Positions 21,301-32,893 of a stretch of 64,000 bases of DNA are shown here, one piece after another. Within the stretch, counting starts at the first letter, position 1. Every line of letters begins with the position of its first letter. The notes under the pieces are model-generated. The model did not search any database. It was not told the DNA's origin and worked only from the letters and a program-made list of their open reading frames with translations. Where the stretch lies: NCBI GenBank assembly GCA_965242695.1, contig CBDESU010000001.1, forward strand, positions 768,001 through 832,000, written 5' to 3'. The DNA is from Cenarchaeum sp. Lineage in GTDB: Archaea; Thermoproteota; Nitrososphaeria; Nitrososphaerales; Nitrosopumilaceae. The translations under genes were made by a program, and so were the position numbers.

Positions 21301-24234
21301 AGGGGCAACACCATCACAAACGCCTCGTACTCGCCAAACTACGACTTTTTGCGCGGCGTCGACGGCAGCGCCAACCTGACGCAGGATGCGGCCATACTGG
21401 TCATACCGGACGACGGCGGCCTGCTCGGCCGCACGGGCGGCGTCAACGCGACGGGCAACACCGTCTCGAAGAGCGGCGGCGCCTTTTCCGTGTGCGGCGC
21501 CGTATGCGAGGGCAATGCCAGCGCGGGGTACGCGACGACCATAGGGAGCGATGCCGACTCGGTCCTCGGCCCAGCCGGCCAGGACATACGGTTCAACTGG
21601 AATACAATCCGCATGGACAACGGCGATCGCCTCGTAGAGAACGGGGTGCGCGGCGCACTCGACGCCAGGTACAACTACTACCCAGGATACGAGCCGGCCG
21701 CCGGACTGTTTCGGGCCGGCGCGCAGGCCTCGGGAAACCTTCCGGCCGGAACCGTCCTGTACGAGCCGCTCTTCACGCTGGCGCCCGACGATCCGGCCGC
21801 GCCGTCCGTCATGCGCGTCGCGTCCGCCAACGCGAGCGACAGCTACGGCGCCGGCGATCAGATCGACATAGCGGTCGTTCTCACAAAACCCGTCGCCATA
21901 ACCGGCACGCCCGTACTTACGATAGATGCCGGCCCCGTGGACCGAAGCCTGGACATGGTGCGGCACGACGCGTCCGTCCTCTCCTTCAGCTATGCGGTCG
22001 CCGACGGCGACAGCTCGCCTGCCCTAGAGTACGCAAACAGGTCGTCGCTGGCGGCCGGCGGCGGCGGCGGCGGCATAGCCGACCTGCACACCGGCGCGCC
22101 GGCCAACCTGACGCTGCCGCCGATGGGATCGCCAGAGTCGCTGTCCTCGCAAGGCTTGGTGATCGGCACGCCCGACACGGCTGCGCCGACCGTGCTGAAC
22201 GTGACGTCCGGGTCGGCAGACGGAACGTACGGTGCGGGCCGGCTTGTCGAGGTGCATGTCGTCTTCAGCGAGAATGTGTTCGTCGGCACGGGGGGCGGGA
22301 CGCCCTTCCTGCTGCTAGATACAGGCGGAGCCGGCAGCCCCGCAGGGTACGCGAGGGGCAGCGGCACGGAGACGCTCGTCTTCGAGTACCGTCCGGCGCC
22401 GGGCGAGGCGTCGGGCGACCTGGACTATGCGGGGACGGATTCGTTCCAGCGCAGCGGCGGGACGATCGCGGACAGAGTGCGGAACGCTGCAAACCTGACC
22501 CTGCCCGAGCCCGGCGGGCGCGGATCGCTGGCCTACTCGAAGGACATTGCAATCGACACCGAGGCGCCGCGCGTCGTGTCGGTCTCGTCGCCCGACGCGA
22601 GCGACACGTACGGCGCCGGCTCGACCGTCAACATTACGGTGTCCTTCAGCGAGGCCGTGCATGTGACGGGCACACCAGTGCTGGCGCTCTCGACAGAACC
22701 GGCTAGGGATGCAGAGTACGTTGAGGGAACCGACGACGACGCGGACCTGGCATTCCGCTACGAGGTGCGGGCGGGCGACGCCGCGGCCCGCTTGGACTAT
22801 GCGGGCAGCGGCGCCCTCGCACTCGGCAGCGGTACCATTCGCGACGCGGACGGCAACAACGCAAGCCTGGGCCTGCCTCCTGCTGGCTCCAGCCAGCTGT
22901 ATGCTTCCAACATAACGATAGGCACCGGCACGCCCGGCACCGGCACGCCCGGCACCGGCACGCCCGGCACCGGCACGCCCGGCACCGGCACGCCCGGCAC
23001 CGGCACGCCCGGCACCGGCACGCCCGGCACCGGCACGCCCGGCACCGGCACGCCCGGCACCGGCACGCCCGGCACCGGCACGCCCGGCACCGGCACGCCC
23101 GGCACCGGCACGCCCGGCACCGGCGGGCCGGGCAACCAGACCCGCAATGCCACGACAGTTCTCATTGGGCCCGGCGGGGTGCAAGACGGCCAGGGCGACC
23201 TTGCCGGCATGGGCGAGGACCTGCGCGTCACGATCGACCTGTCGGGCCTGCCAGGCGCCGGGACCGCCGGCGGAACCGTGCGGTTCCCGCAGGCCGGCGC
23301 AACTGTGACGACGTCGTTTGGATCTGTGTCCTTCCCGCCAAGGGCAAACGCAACGTCCGTGCCCGCCGACGGCCTGCTCGTCCTGCACGCCGTGCCCGCC
23401 GACGGCCTGCCGTCAAACTCGACAGTACAGAGCGGCCTGGCCTACGACGGCTCGGGCACGGTCGCACTGCAGAGGGTCGTAGAGGTCGGCGACGAAAACG
23501 CGCGCATCATATTCGACATGCCCGTCCGAATATCCCTCGAGGGACAGGCCGGCGGGCGCGCGTTCTACATTGCGGGCGCGGACGGGACGATCACGCCGAT
23601 CGACGCGGCATGCGGGGCCGACGACACGGACAGGGTGCACCTACACCTCAACGGCACGGGCGAGTGCAGGATCGAGTCGGACGGCGACATGGTCGTCTAC
23701 ACGTACCACCTGACCCGGTTCGGCACCGTCCGGCCAGAGAGCGGCGCGCCGCCCCCCGTATACTACACATGCTCGGTGGATCTTGGAATGCAGAACCTGG
23801 CGATCGACGGCGCAAGGCCCGGCGAGTACTCTGCGCCCGCCCCGCAGACCATCCTCAACACGGGATCGGCGATGTTTGCAAACGTCGGGATCGAGGCGAC
23901 CCGGTGGACGGCCGGCCCCGACGTCGTCTCCGCGCCGGATGCGGGGGCGCCGTCCCTGCCGCCCCCCGCAGCCGGAGCGGGCAACGGCACGGCGTCGAGC
24001 GCCATTGTAGCGCGGGTCGACACGTCCCTGCCGGCCGGCCTGACCGAGGTGAGCGAGGCGGGCGCCGCCGCGGGATATGCGGCCGTCGGCGAGGGGACGG
24101 CCGTGGCCGCGGGGCTCGGCGGCGGGGACGTCAAGAATCTCTGGTTCAAGCTGAACCTGACGCCGTACGATGCGGCGCAGGGCGGGACGATCACCCAGAG
24201 CGTCACGTACAGCGCACAGTGCACCGAGCCGTAG
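18369..24234 (+). CDS. Giant secreted/surface protein (Ig-like repeats, beta-propeller, beta-helix, GTGTP repeat); one frameshift near 18657
   Basis: Signal peptide (AALALAAVALALAAA...AHA) in ORF 18309..18686; removing one C near 18657 joins it to the 1816-aa ORF 18784..24234; repeated GTYGxG...LxFxYxVxxGD...LDY modules; NITISDNVFEN beta-helix turns. Confidence 0.85.
22921..23115 (+). repeat. 15-bp perfect coding tandem repeat x13 (GTGTP linker)
   Basis: GGCACCGGCACGCCC repeated. Confidence 0.97.
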
Positions 24235-24743
24235 CCGGCAGGCCGCCCGGCATTCGCACCCGCCTTTGGCTGGCGGCATGCGCCGGCAGGCTGCGCCGCA
24301 GGCCGGATCGGACGCCATGTTCCGCAGGCTCCGGACGCGGGCCCGTCGCCCGCCTGCCCGCCCGGCAAATCTGCTAGAATGTCCGCCAATGCGGGATCAG
24401 CTCGGGAGCCGTGGGGATGCCGGACGGCTCTGCTACCGCCCGCCGCCCGCCGCGGCACGGCGCGGTGCGGCGCCGCATCTTGGCTCTAGGACGCCAGCAT
24501 TGGGAGGTGCCCGCCCGCCGGCAGGATCGGCCGCGCGGGCGGAGCTGGAAGGGGCGGCGGCCGCGGCCGGGCGGGCCGCGGGCGACAGCGGCACACGGCA
24601 CCTGCGGCGCACATTCGGGCGTCTGGCGCCAGCCGTGCCCTGGCTGCCCCCGACGCGCGCGCCGCCTGCCAGAATCCGAACGTGCAGACATGCGCCGCGG
24701 CGGGGACAAAAGGCATAAACACGGCCCGCGCGGCCGCGCCGCG

Positions 24744-26141
24744 TTGGCGCAAGAGGCCGAGGAGCGCAGGCCGGAGCCGGACGGCGGGGGAGCGGATGCC
24801 GCCCCGCATGGGCGGGGGCAGGAGCAGGTGCTGGTGGTCGAGGACGCGCCCTGCCAGATCGACCCCGACCTGATCGACGCGTACATGTCTGTCCCCATCA
24901 AGAAGACCATCCACAGCATACTGACTATGTACGACCCGAGGCACGATATGCTGGGCATACGGGACGGCATCGAGCGCGGCGGATACCGCAGGGCCCTCGT
25001 GGAGCTCCTGCCAGGCCCGCCCCCGCGCCACCCGCGCGGAATGCGCGTTGCCGACAACCGCGCGCGCATGCTCGAGCGCCTCGGCAGGCACGAAGAGGCC
25101 GAGCCGCTGTACCGCGACCTTGCATGCGAGCTGCTGTGGAGCCCGAACTCCCACCTCGACCTGGCAAGGGTGCTCGAGCACCTCGGTCGCCGCAAAGAGT
25201 CGGACGAGGCGCTCGCCCGCGCAACCCGGCTCATTCCAGAATGCCGCAGGGCCTTCGAGGCCCGGCTGCGGCCGGATCCGCGCCAGCTTGATCCCGCCCT
25301 GGTCCCGCTCCGCCTGATCATACCAATGTCCGTAATCTCGGCGGCCGGGTTCGTCCGCTCGAGGGCCGAGCTCTCCTCCATGTCGCTGCTGGTGCAGGCA
25401 GAGTGCGGGCTGGACCTGTACCCGCCGTCGGCGTCGCGGCTGCCGGGCTGCGCGGGGCTAGGCGCCGACATGGAGAGATTCCACCACCTTGTCGTCGAGG
25501 ACATCCTCCCACTGTACCGCGCCGACGACGATCTGCCGTACTACTACGATCTTACTGACCGAGGTATCGGGATGATCGGCAGGCTCGGCGGGCGGCTGGG
25601 CGGGGACGCGGCGGCGCGCATCGCCGAATCGGCGCGCCGCGTGGCCGGCATCGGAGTGCATGCCGCGCTGGAAGAGGCCTGCAGTGCGCCGGGGCGGGAG
25701 CGCCGCGAGCGGCCCGGCCGAGACGACGAGCTCGCCGCGCTGCGCGGGACGGCCGAGCGCATAAGGCGCGAGATCGGGAACGGCATCACGTTTGGCGAGG
25801 AACATGCGGTCACGTTGAGATCAACGGCGGCGGACGTGCCCGAGATGCTCTCGCAGGCCCGTGATGCCCCCGACGTGCAGTGGTCCGTCGCAGCCGCCCT
25901 GGGAGGGGACGTGCTGGGGCTATGCGCGTACGTCGCGTTCGACCAGAGGCCGCACCCGCTGACTGCCACGTACGGTCCCCCGTACCCAGACATACAGGAT
26001 CTTTCCGCGTTGCTCGTCGGGTACTGCGGGGACAGGGGTATAGCCAGGCCCCGGGAGGTGCAGCCGATCGCTAGGATGCTCACGCCCGAAGAGGCCGAAG
26101 AGGTCAACCGGGACATGATCAAGGTGATATCAGAGTCTTGA
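24744..26141 (+). CDS. TPR + winged-helix (Panacea/SocA-like) protein, copy 1
   Basis: TPRs (RARMLERLGRHEEAE, LARVLEHLGR) then LLVQAECGLDLY...YYYDLTDRG; TTG 24 nt after AAAAGGCATAAAC (24708-24720). Confidence 0.7.
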   Translation: MAQEAEERRPEPDGGGADAAPHGRGQEQVLVVEDAPCQIDPDLIDAYMSVPIKKTIHSILTMYDPRHDMLGIRDGIERGGYRRALVELLPGPPPRHPRGMRVADNRARMLERLGRHEEAEPLYRDLACELLWSPNSHLDLARVLEHLGRRKESDEALARATRLIPECRRAFEARLRPDPRQLDPALVPLRLIIPMSVISAAGFVRSRAELSSMSLLVQAECGLDLYPPSASRLPGCAGLGADMERFHHLVVEDILPLYRADDDLPYYYDLTDRGIGMIGRLGGRLGGDAAARIAESARRVAGIGVHAALEEACSAPGRERRERPGRDDELAALRGTAERIRREIGNGITFGEEHAVTLRSTAADVPEMLSQARDAPDVQWSVAAALGGDVLGLCAYVAFDQRPHPLTATYGPPYPDIQDLSALLVGYCGDRGIARPREVQPIARMLTPEEAEEVNRDMIKVISES

Positions 26142-26746
26142 TCATTTTCCTAGATGCGAACGCCTGGCACGCATACCATATGGACTTTTCGATCGTGCCA
26201 AAGGGAGGCGGGCCGCCCGTCAGGGTGCAGAGGCCCGGCAGGGATGGGATCGTCGCCATGGTGGACAGGGCGATAGAGTCGGAGGATATTGTGATCTCAG
26301 ACATGGTTGCCTACGAGGTGCGCGGCAGTACGAAAAGGGCATTCGACTCGGCGGCGCGGCGCGCCGGCTCGCCCGACATGGTGGATCGCAGAGTTGTGCA
26401 GGCCGCGCTGGATGGATTCAACTTGCTGTACGGCCGATTTGGCATACACAACGTCCCGACGTACTTGGGAGCGGTCGAGCGCATGTACATCGATGCGTGG
26501 CTCGACCCGCGGATGGCCGCCGCGGTGGACCGGTGGCGGCGCGTCAAGAAGCGCCACGGGGAGGGGACTGCGCACCCCTCGCTGGATACGCACGGGGCGG
26601 ACTTTGTGATACTCTCGACGGCAGCCGCCCTGGCCGCGCAGGGGGACGAGGTCTGGCTTGTCACGTCCGACTATGACTTTGTGGCGTTTGCCGACATGAT
26701 CTACAGGGTGTTTGGCGTCAGGGTGGTCGACGGCAGCGCCCTGTAG
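26138..26746 (+). CDS. PIN domain ribonuclease, copy 1
   Basis: IFLDANAW, VAYEV, ADFVIL, LVTSDYDF acidic tetrad; 4-bp overlap with upstream gene. Confidence 0.85.
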   Translation: MIIFLDANAWHAYHMDFSIVPKGGGPPVRVQRPGRDGIVAMVDRAIESEDIVISDMVAYEVRGSTKRAFDSAARRAGSPDMVDRRVVQAALDGFNLLYGRFGIHNVPTYLGAVERMYIDAWLDPRMAAAVDRWRRVKKRHGEGTAHPSLDTHGADFVILSTAAALAAQGDEVWLVTSDYDFVAFADMIYRVFGVRVVDGSAL

Positions 26747-26901
26747 CGCGCCGGCGGAAGGGCGGCGGGACTGGGAGGAAGCAGTGCGGCCCCGCGCCCT
26801 GGCTGCCCCCGACGCGCGCACCGCTTGCCAGATCCGAATGCGCAAACATACGCCGTGGCGGGGCCAAAAGGCATAAACACGGCCCGCGCGGCCGCGCCGC
26901 G

Positions 26902-28296
26902 TTGGCGCAAGAGGTCGAGCAGGAGCGCAGGCCGGGGCCGGGCGGCGGGGGAACAGGTGCCGCCCCGTATGGGCAGGGGCAGGAGCAGGCGGCAAAGGAT
27001 GCGCCCTGCCGGATCGACCAGGACCTGATCGACGAGTACATGTACCTCCCCGTCAAGAAGACCATCCACAGCATGCTGAATGCGTACGACCCGAGGCACG
27101 ATGCGCGGGGCATACGGGACGGCATCGAGCGCGGCGGATACCGCAGGGCCCTCGAGGAGCTCCTGCCAGGCCCGCCACCGCGCCACCCGCGCGGAATGCG
27201 CGTTGCCGACAACCGCGCGCGCATGCTCGAGCGCCTCGGCAGGCACGAAGAGGCCGAGCCGTTGTACCGCGACCTTGCATGCGAGCTGCTGTGGAACCCG
27301 AACTCCCACCTCGACCTGGCAAGGGTGCTCGAGCACCTCGGCCGCCGCAAAGAGTCGGACGAGGCGCTAGCCCGCGCAACCAGGCTCCTTCCAGAATGCC
27401 GCAGGGCCTTCGAGGCCCGGCTGCGGCCGGACCCGCGCCAGCTTGATCCCGCACTGGTTCCGCTCCGCCTGATCATACCAATGTCCGTAATCTCGGCGGC
27501 CGGGTTCGTCCGCTCGAGGGCCGAGCTCTCTGCCATGTCGCGCCTAGTGCAGGCCGAGTGCGGGCTGGACCTGTACCCGCCGTCGGCGTCGCGGCTGCCA
27601 GGCTGCGCGGGGCTGGGAGCCGACATGGAGAGGTTCCACCACCTTGTCGTCGAGGACATCCTCCCGCTGTACCGCGCCGACGACGAGCCGCCGTACTACT
27701 ACGATCTTACTGACCGGGGAATCGAGATGATCGGCAGGCTCGGCGGGCGGCTGGGCGCGGAAGCGGCGGCCCGCATCGCCGCATCGGCGCGCCGCGTGGT
27801 CGGCATCGGCCCGCATGCCGCGCTGGAAGAGGCCTGCAGCGCGCCGGGGCGGGAACACCGCGAGCGGCCCGGCCGAGACGACGAGCTCGCCGCGCTGCGC
27901 GGGACGGCCGAGCGCATAAGGCGCGAGATCGGGAACGGCATCACGTTTGGCGAGGCGCATGCGGCCACGCTGGGAGCCAAGGCCAAGCGCGTACCCGACA
28001 TGCTCTCGCAGGCAAGCGGTGCGCCCGACGGGCAGTGGGCTGTCGCCGCCGCCCTGGGCGGGGACGTGCTCGGCCTGTGCGCGTACGTCGCGTTCGACCA
28101 GAGGCCGCACCCGATGGCAGCCTCGCGCGGCCCCCCGTACCCCGACATGCATGACCAGTATGCGCTGTTTGTCAGGTACTGCGGGGACAGGGGCATGGCT
28201 AGGCCCAGGAAGGGGCCGCTGGCCGCCAGGATGCTCACGCCCGAAGAGATCGAAGAGGCCAACCGGGACATGATCAAGGTGATATCAGAGTCTTGA
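26902..28296 (+). CDS. TPR + winged-helix (Panacea/SocA-like) protein, copy 2
   Basis: Near-identical to copy 1; same promoter motif at 26866-26878. Confidence 0.7.
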   Translation: MAQEVEQERRPGPGGGGTGAAPYGQGQEQAAKDAPCRIDQDLIDEYMYLPVKKTIHSMLNAYDPRHDARGIRDGIERGGYRRALEELLPGPPPRHPRGMRVADNRARMLERLGRHEEAEPLYRDLACELLWNPNSHLDLARVLEHLGRRKESDEALARATRLLPECRRAFEARLRPDPRQLDPALVPLRLIIPMSVISAAGFVRSRAELSAMSRLVQAECGLDLYPPSASRLPGCAGLGADMERFHHLVVEDILPLYRADDEPPYYYDLTDRGIEMIGRLGGRLGAEAAARIAASARRVVGIGPHAALEEACSAPGREHRERPGRDDELAALRGTAERIRREIGNGITFGEAHAATLGAKAKRVPDMLSQASGAPDGQWAVAAALGGDVLGLCAYVAFDQRPHPMAASRGPPYPDMHDQYALFVRYCGDRGMARPRKGPLAARMLTPEEIEEANRDMIKVISES

Positions 28297-28901
28297 TCGT
28301 TTTCCTAGATGCGAACGCCTGGCACGCGTACTCTATGGACTTTCCGGTCGTGCCAAAGGGAGGCGGGCCGCCCGTCAGGGTGCAGAGGCCCGGCAGGGAT
28401 GGGATCGTCGCCATGGTGGACATGGCGATAGAGTCGGAGGATATTGTGATCTCAGACACGGTTGCCGACGAGGTGTTTGACAGCACGGGGAGGGCGTTCA
28501 ACTCGGCGGCCCGACGCGTCAATGCGGAGGCCGACCCCGATGAGGACGCTGTGGTTGATGCATTGGAAAGGTTTGGGAGTCTGTACGACCAATTTGACAT
28601 CCACGATGTCCTGACGTACCTGGGAGCGGTCGAGCGCATGTACATCGACGCGTGGCTCGACCCGCAGATGGCCGAAGCGGTGGACCGGTGGAGGCGCGTC
28701 AAGAAGCGCCACGGGGAAGGGACTGAGCGCCCCTCGCTGGATACGCACGGAGCGGACTTTGTGATACTCTCGACGGCCGCCGCCCTGGCCGCGCAGGGCG
28801 ACGAGGTCTGGCTTGTCACGTACGACTACGACTTTGTGGCGTTTGCCGACATGATCTACAGGGTGTTCGGCGTCCGAGTGGTCGACGGCAGCGCCCTGTA
28901 G
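28293..28901 (+). CDS. PIN domain ribonuclease, copy 2
   Basis: VFLDANAW...ADFVIL...LVTYDYDF. Confidence 0.85.
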   Translation: MIVFLDANAWHAYSMDFPVVPKGGGPPVRVQRPGRDGIVAMVDMAIESEDIVISDTVADEVFDSTGRAFNSAARRVNAEADPDEDAVVDALERFGSLYDQFDIHDVLTYLGAVERMYIDAWLDPQMAEAVDRWRRVKKRHGEGTERPSLDTHGADFVILSTAAALAAQGDEVWLVTYDYDFVAFADMIYRVFGVRVVDGSAL

Positions 28902-29346
28902 CGCGCCGGCGGCCGGCGCGGGCTTGATCGCGCCCGCGGCGCCGGCCGGGCGCGCGCAGAGTCGGCAAAGGCGGCAAAGGATCTGGAAGAGGCGGTGCAG
29001 GCTGCCGCGAAGGTGCGCGGGCTGGCGCCGGCGGGCGGGATGCCGCTAGCGCGTGGAGCGATGCCATGGATGCGGACGTGCAGGCGTCGGGGGCCTGAGC
29101 GGCGGAACGCCGGGCGGAATGCGCGCGCCATAGGCATGGCGGAATGGACCGCACAAGGGCCGCATGCGGCGCGGCCGCGGCGCCTGGGGGCGGAACCGGC
29201 CGGCGCATCCGTGCCGTGGGCGGCCGCTGCGCGGAGGAGGGCCGCGGCAAGGGCCCGCGGCGCGGAGGATGGGATGCGGCGGCGGCGGCGGCGGCGGCGG
29301 GATGCGAATCGAACTGCATAAAGGAGCCGCATGGCGGCCCCGCGGC

Positions 29347-30183
29347 ATGGGCGGCGCTGGGCCCGCAGAGGATGCGGCGGCGGCGGCGATGTGGAGGGCG
29401 GCGGCCGACGCAATGGCGTGGACGGCGTCGATGTGCGACCATGCCGCATGGACGGAGCGCCAGAGGGGATGGGCGGACAAGTCCGAGGCCGACGAGGCCC
29501 TGAAGCGGGCCGCCGGCGAGTGCGGGGATGCGATCGATGCGGGGGGCGGGGTGGATGCGGATGCGGCGGCGCGGGCGGTCGGGGCGCTGAGGATCGCCGC
29601 GGATGCGGCGGCGCGGGCGGCCGGGGCATTCGGGCGGTCGTCTGGGCGCCACAGGGAGGCCGAGTCCGAGCAGAACCTGGCGGCAGCGGCGTACGAGCGG
29701 GCCGCGGATCGGAGGAGCGGCGGGGCGGTGCGCGAGCGGGCGGCGCAGTCGGACGCGCATGCGCAGGACGCGGAACGGCTGGCGTCGGACGCGCGCGGGG
29801 CAGCCAGGGCGCTCGCGCGGAACGCCGGCAGGCTGGAGGCCTGCGCGGCCGCATGGCCCACGTTCGGGCGCAAGCGGGTGGGCGACCACGACGAGCTGGC
29901 GTCGATGCAGGCCGACATGCACGACGATGCCCGGCAGGCCTGCCCCCATTCGGCTGCAATGGAAAGGCGGGCTGCGGATGCCGGGCGGCTGGCGGCCGAG
30001 GTGCGGGGGATGGCCGCGGCCGCGGCCGGGCAGTCGGCGGCCAAGGCGGAGGAAGTGGCATCGAAGCGCGGGCTGCGCGGCACGCGTGTGAAAAGGGCCG
30101 CGGCGGCGTGGAAAAGGGCCGCGGCCGCGGCCAGCAGGCTGGCAGAGGCGGAGCGGCGGCGCCTGGAAAACCGGGCGGCGTAA
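29347..30183 (+). CDS. Ala/Trp-rich helical protein, family A (A4)
   Basis: MWRAAADAMAWTASMCDHAAW...ECGDAIDAGG; promoter motif 24 nt upstream. Confidence 0.75.
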   Translation: MGGAGPAEDAAAAAMWRAAADAMAWTASMCDHAAWTERQRGWADKSEADEALKRAAGECGDAIDAGGGVDADAAARAVGALRIAADAAARAAGAFGRSSGRHREAESEQNLAAAAYERAADRRSGGAVRERAAQSDAHAQDAERLASDARGAARALARNAGRLEACAAAWPTFGRKRVGDHDELASMQADMHDDARQACPHSAAMERRAADAGRLAAEVRGMAAAAAGQSAAKAEEVASKRGLRGTRVKRAAAAWKRAAAAASRLAEAERRRLENRAA

Positions 30184-30289
30184 GGCAGATGCGGCGCCGG
30201 CGATTGGAGCACATGCGGCGGCAACCGCCGTTGCCGCGGCAATGCAAATTGGAAAAAAGACGGTGGACCTTCTATATCGGCGCGCCAGT

Positions 30290-31001
30290 GCTTGGAGGCG
30301 TGCCGCCGCCGCCGGCGGGCGCGTCGTCGACGGGAACGGAATGGCGGACGCGGCCGCCATGCGGCGCGCCGCGGACGCGATGGGAAGGGCGTCGGCCTGA
30401 TTCAAGGCAGTATCAAAGGCGTTTGGGCGCTCGTCAAGGCTGTGCGAGGAGGCGGCGGCCGGCGAGGACAGGGCGGCCGCAATGTACGATCGGGGCGGGT
30501 CGGCCGAGCATGCGGCCCGCTCGCGCGACCGCGCGGCAAAGTCGCGCCGGCACGCCGAGTATGCGGCCATGGTGGCGGGCGCCTCTGGCGAGCGAGGGGG
30601 AAAGTGCGATGGCCGAGGATTCGGCCCGCATGACCGCCGCCGCGGCGGCATGGGCCGCGGACAAGGGGCGCAGGTGGAGGGGCGACGGGGCCGAGCTGGC
30701 CGGCGCGTACGGGGCCGTGCGGAGCGACTCGATGCGCGGGCGCGCGCGCTCGGCCGAGATGCTCTCGCATGCGGCCGACACGGAGCGGCTTTCCATGCGG
30801 GTGCGGGACATGGCAGCGGATGCGGCGCGCCATATGGCAGAGACTGCGGCGGACGGGAGCGGCGGAGGATGCGATCCCGACGTGCAGGAGGCGATGTCGG
30901 CATGGATGGCGGCCGTGGCGGCGGACGACAGGGCCGAGGCCGAGCATCATTCCGACGGCGGTCAGGCGGCGCGGGACGACGTGCGGAATCGAACGGGATA
31001 A
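30290..31001 (+). pseudogene. Family A pseudogene (A5)
   Basis: Family motifs (GRVVDGNG, AFGRSSRLC, RWRGD, VQEAMSAW) with in-frame TGA at 30398 and a frameshift near 30585; 5' boundary approximate. Confidence 0.65.
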
Positions 31002-31028
31002 AGGCGGGGAGCTGGGCGGCCGACCGTT

Positions 31029-31874
31029 ATGGCGCATGGCGGCAGTGCGGGCGAGGAGAATGACGTGCCGGACATGCGGGCCGACGGGGCGGGATCGACG
31101 GCGTGGGGCGTGTGGATTGCGGCGGCCGCGGCAAGGTCGTGGACGGCCGAGGCGCACCACCTTGCGGCATGGGAGGCGTGCCGGAATGGGTGGAGTGAGA
31201 TGGCCACGGCGATCGCGGCCGGCCGGGATTCGGCCAAGATCGGATGCGAGGGCGTGGAAAGGGACGGCCGGATGGACGGGGCGGCGCTTGAGAGCGGGGT
31301 CGAGAAGCTGAGGGCGGCCGTGCTGGCCCAGAAGCGCGCAAGGGCCGAGTTTGCCGAGGCTGCCAAGCGTGCCGTGCTGTCGGCCGACGAGTGGGAGAAG
31401 GCGGCCAGCGCGCATGCGATGGCATGCGACTCGGAGAATGAAAAGGCGCTGCGCGGACAGGCGGACACGGCGCGCGGAATCGGGCGCATGGCCGCCAAGT
31501 GGTCCAAGAGGGCCGGCAAGGGTGCCGGCATGGCCAAGGAGGCGCTGCGCAAGTGGGAGGAGTGCGCGGCCGTGCGGCCGAGAGGGGATGTGTGGGTCGA
31601 CGATCGTGCGTCGTGGGTCGACGAGCAGTCGCGCATACACGCCGATGCCGAGTACACCAGGGCAGAGTGGCTTGGCAGGGCGGAGAAGGCCGCCGAGGCC
31701 GTGCGGACGGCGACAGATCACCTGCGGCAGTATGCAGATCTTGCCGAAAAGATTGCGGCATCGGCCGGCCTGCCGGATGCGGCGCCGCCAGACTCCGAGC
31801 GGGCCGTCAAGGCGTGGAGGAGGGCCATGAGGTCGGCAAGGCGGGCGGGTGCAGGGAACCGTCAGGGCGTATGA
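31029..31874 (+). CDS. Ala/Trp-rich helical protein, family A (A6)
   Basis: VWIAAAAARSWTAEAHHLAAWE; closest paralog 45939..46739. Confidence 0.78.
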   Translation: MAHGGSAGEENDVPDMRADGAGSTAWGVWIAAAAARSWTAEAHHLAAWEACRNGWSEMATAIAAGRDSAKIGCEGVERDGRMDGAALESGVEKLRAAVLAQKRARAEFAEAAKRAVLSADEWEKAASAHAMACDSENEKALRGQADTARGIGRMAAKWSKRAGKGAGMAKEALRKWEECAAVRPRGDVWVDDRASWVDEQSRIHADAEYTRAEWLGRAEKAAEAVRTATDHLRQYADLAEKIAASAGLPDAAPPDSERAVKAWRRAMRSARRAGAGNRQGV

Positions 31875-31986
31875 TGCAGGCGGGCGGATGGCGCGATGGA
31901 TCGATGCTGCGCAGCCTGCAAGCTGCAGGCCGCGCTGTACAGGGCACGATAGAACGGCATAAAGCCGCCGCATTGGGGCTTCTGGC

Positions 31987-32796
31987 ATGGGCGGCAGCGA
32001 AGGATCAGACGCGGCCGCCGTGCTGTGGGACGCGGCCGCGGTCGCAATGGTGTGGGCGGCATCCATACGCGACCATGCGGCATGGATGGAAGTCAGGGGG
32101 GCGTGGGCTACCATGGCAGAGGCTGTCGATGCAATGAGGACCGGAGCCGAGGAGTGCGGGCGGGCAGTAGATGCGCAGGGCATGGTGGACGCGGTCGCAC
32201 TCGGCCGGGCCGGCGAGTCGCTCGGCCGGGCCGGCGCAATGATCGAGCGGGCCGCCGATGCGTTCGGCAGGTCGTCCGAACTGTGCGAGGCCGTTGGAGC
32301 AAGGCAGAAGCGCGCAGGCGAGGCGCACGCGCGGGCGTCGAACATGGAGAACAGCGCGGATGCGTGCAGGATGGCGGCAATGTCGTACGAGCGCGCCGAC
32401 TCGACGGCCAAGATGGTGGCCAAGGTGCGCGCCATTGCGGGAGGGCTGGCGAGGGAGGCCGGGGACATGGCGGCGGAGGCCGCAAGCGAGCATGAGGGGT
32501 CTGGGCGCCGGATGCGGCGCGGCGAACGGAGCGGGCTGGCCGCCGTCCAGGCCGACATGTGGGAGGACACCAAGGACATGCGGGCAAACTCGGCCGAGAT
32601 GCTCCGGCAGTCGTCGGAGGCCGTGAAGGTGGCGGCGCGGATTCGGGCGGTGGCTGGAATGGCGGCCGAGCGGCTGGCGGGAAGGGCGGCCATGGCATGC
32701 AGGGACGGCGCCGCCGACGCGCAAGAGGCCGCTGCGGCATGGAGGGGTGCAGTGGCCGATGCCAACAGGGCGGATGCAGAGGGGGGAGGGAGGTAG
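31987..32796 (+). CDS. Ala/Trp-rich helical protein, family A (A7)
   Basis: LWDAAAVAMVWAASIRDHAAW...ECGRAVDAQG...AVQADMWED. Confidence 0.78.
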   Translation: MGGSEGSDAAAVLWDAAAVAMVWAASIRDHAAWMEVRGAWATMAEAVDAMRTGAEECGRAVDAQGMVDAVALGRAGESLGRAGAMIERAADAFGRSSELCEAVGARQKRAGEAHARASNMENSADACRMAAMSYERADSTAKMVAKVRAIAGGLAREAGDMAAEAASEHEGSGRRMRRGERSGLAAVQADMWEDTKDMRANSAEMLRQSSEAVKVAARIRAVAGMAAERLAGRAAMACRDGAADAQEAAAAWRGAVADANRADAEGGGR

Positions 32797-32893
32797 CGGC
32801 CTCGCCGCGGCCGCGCCCGTGGACTGCACGCGTGCCATGCGCAGCCGGGCATCCGATAGAACGGCATAAAGGCGGCCCGGCGTGCCGCGCGGC

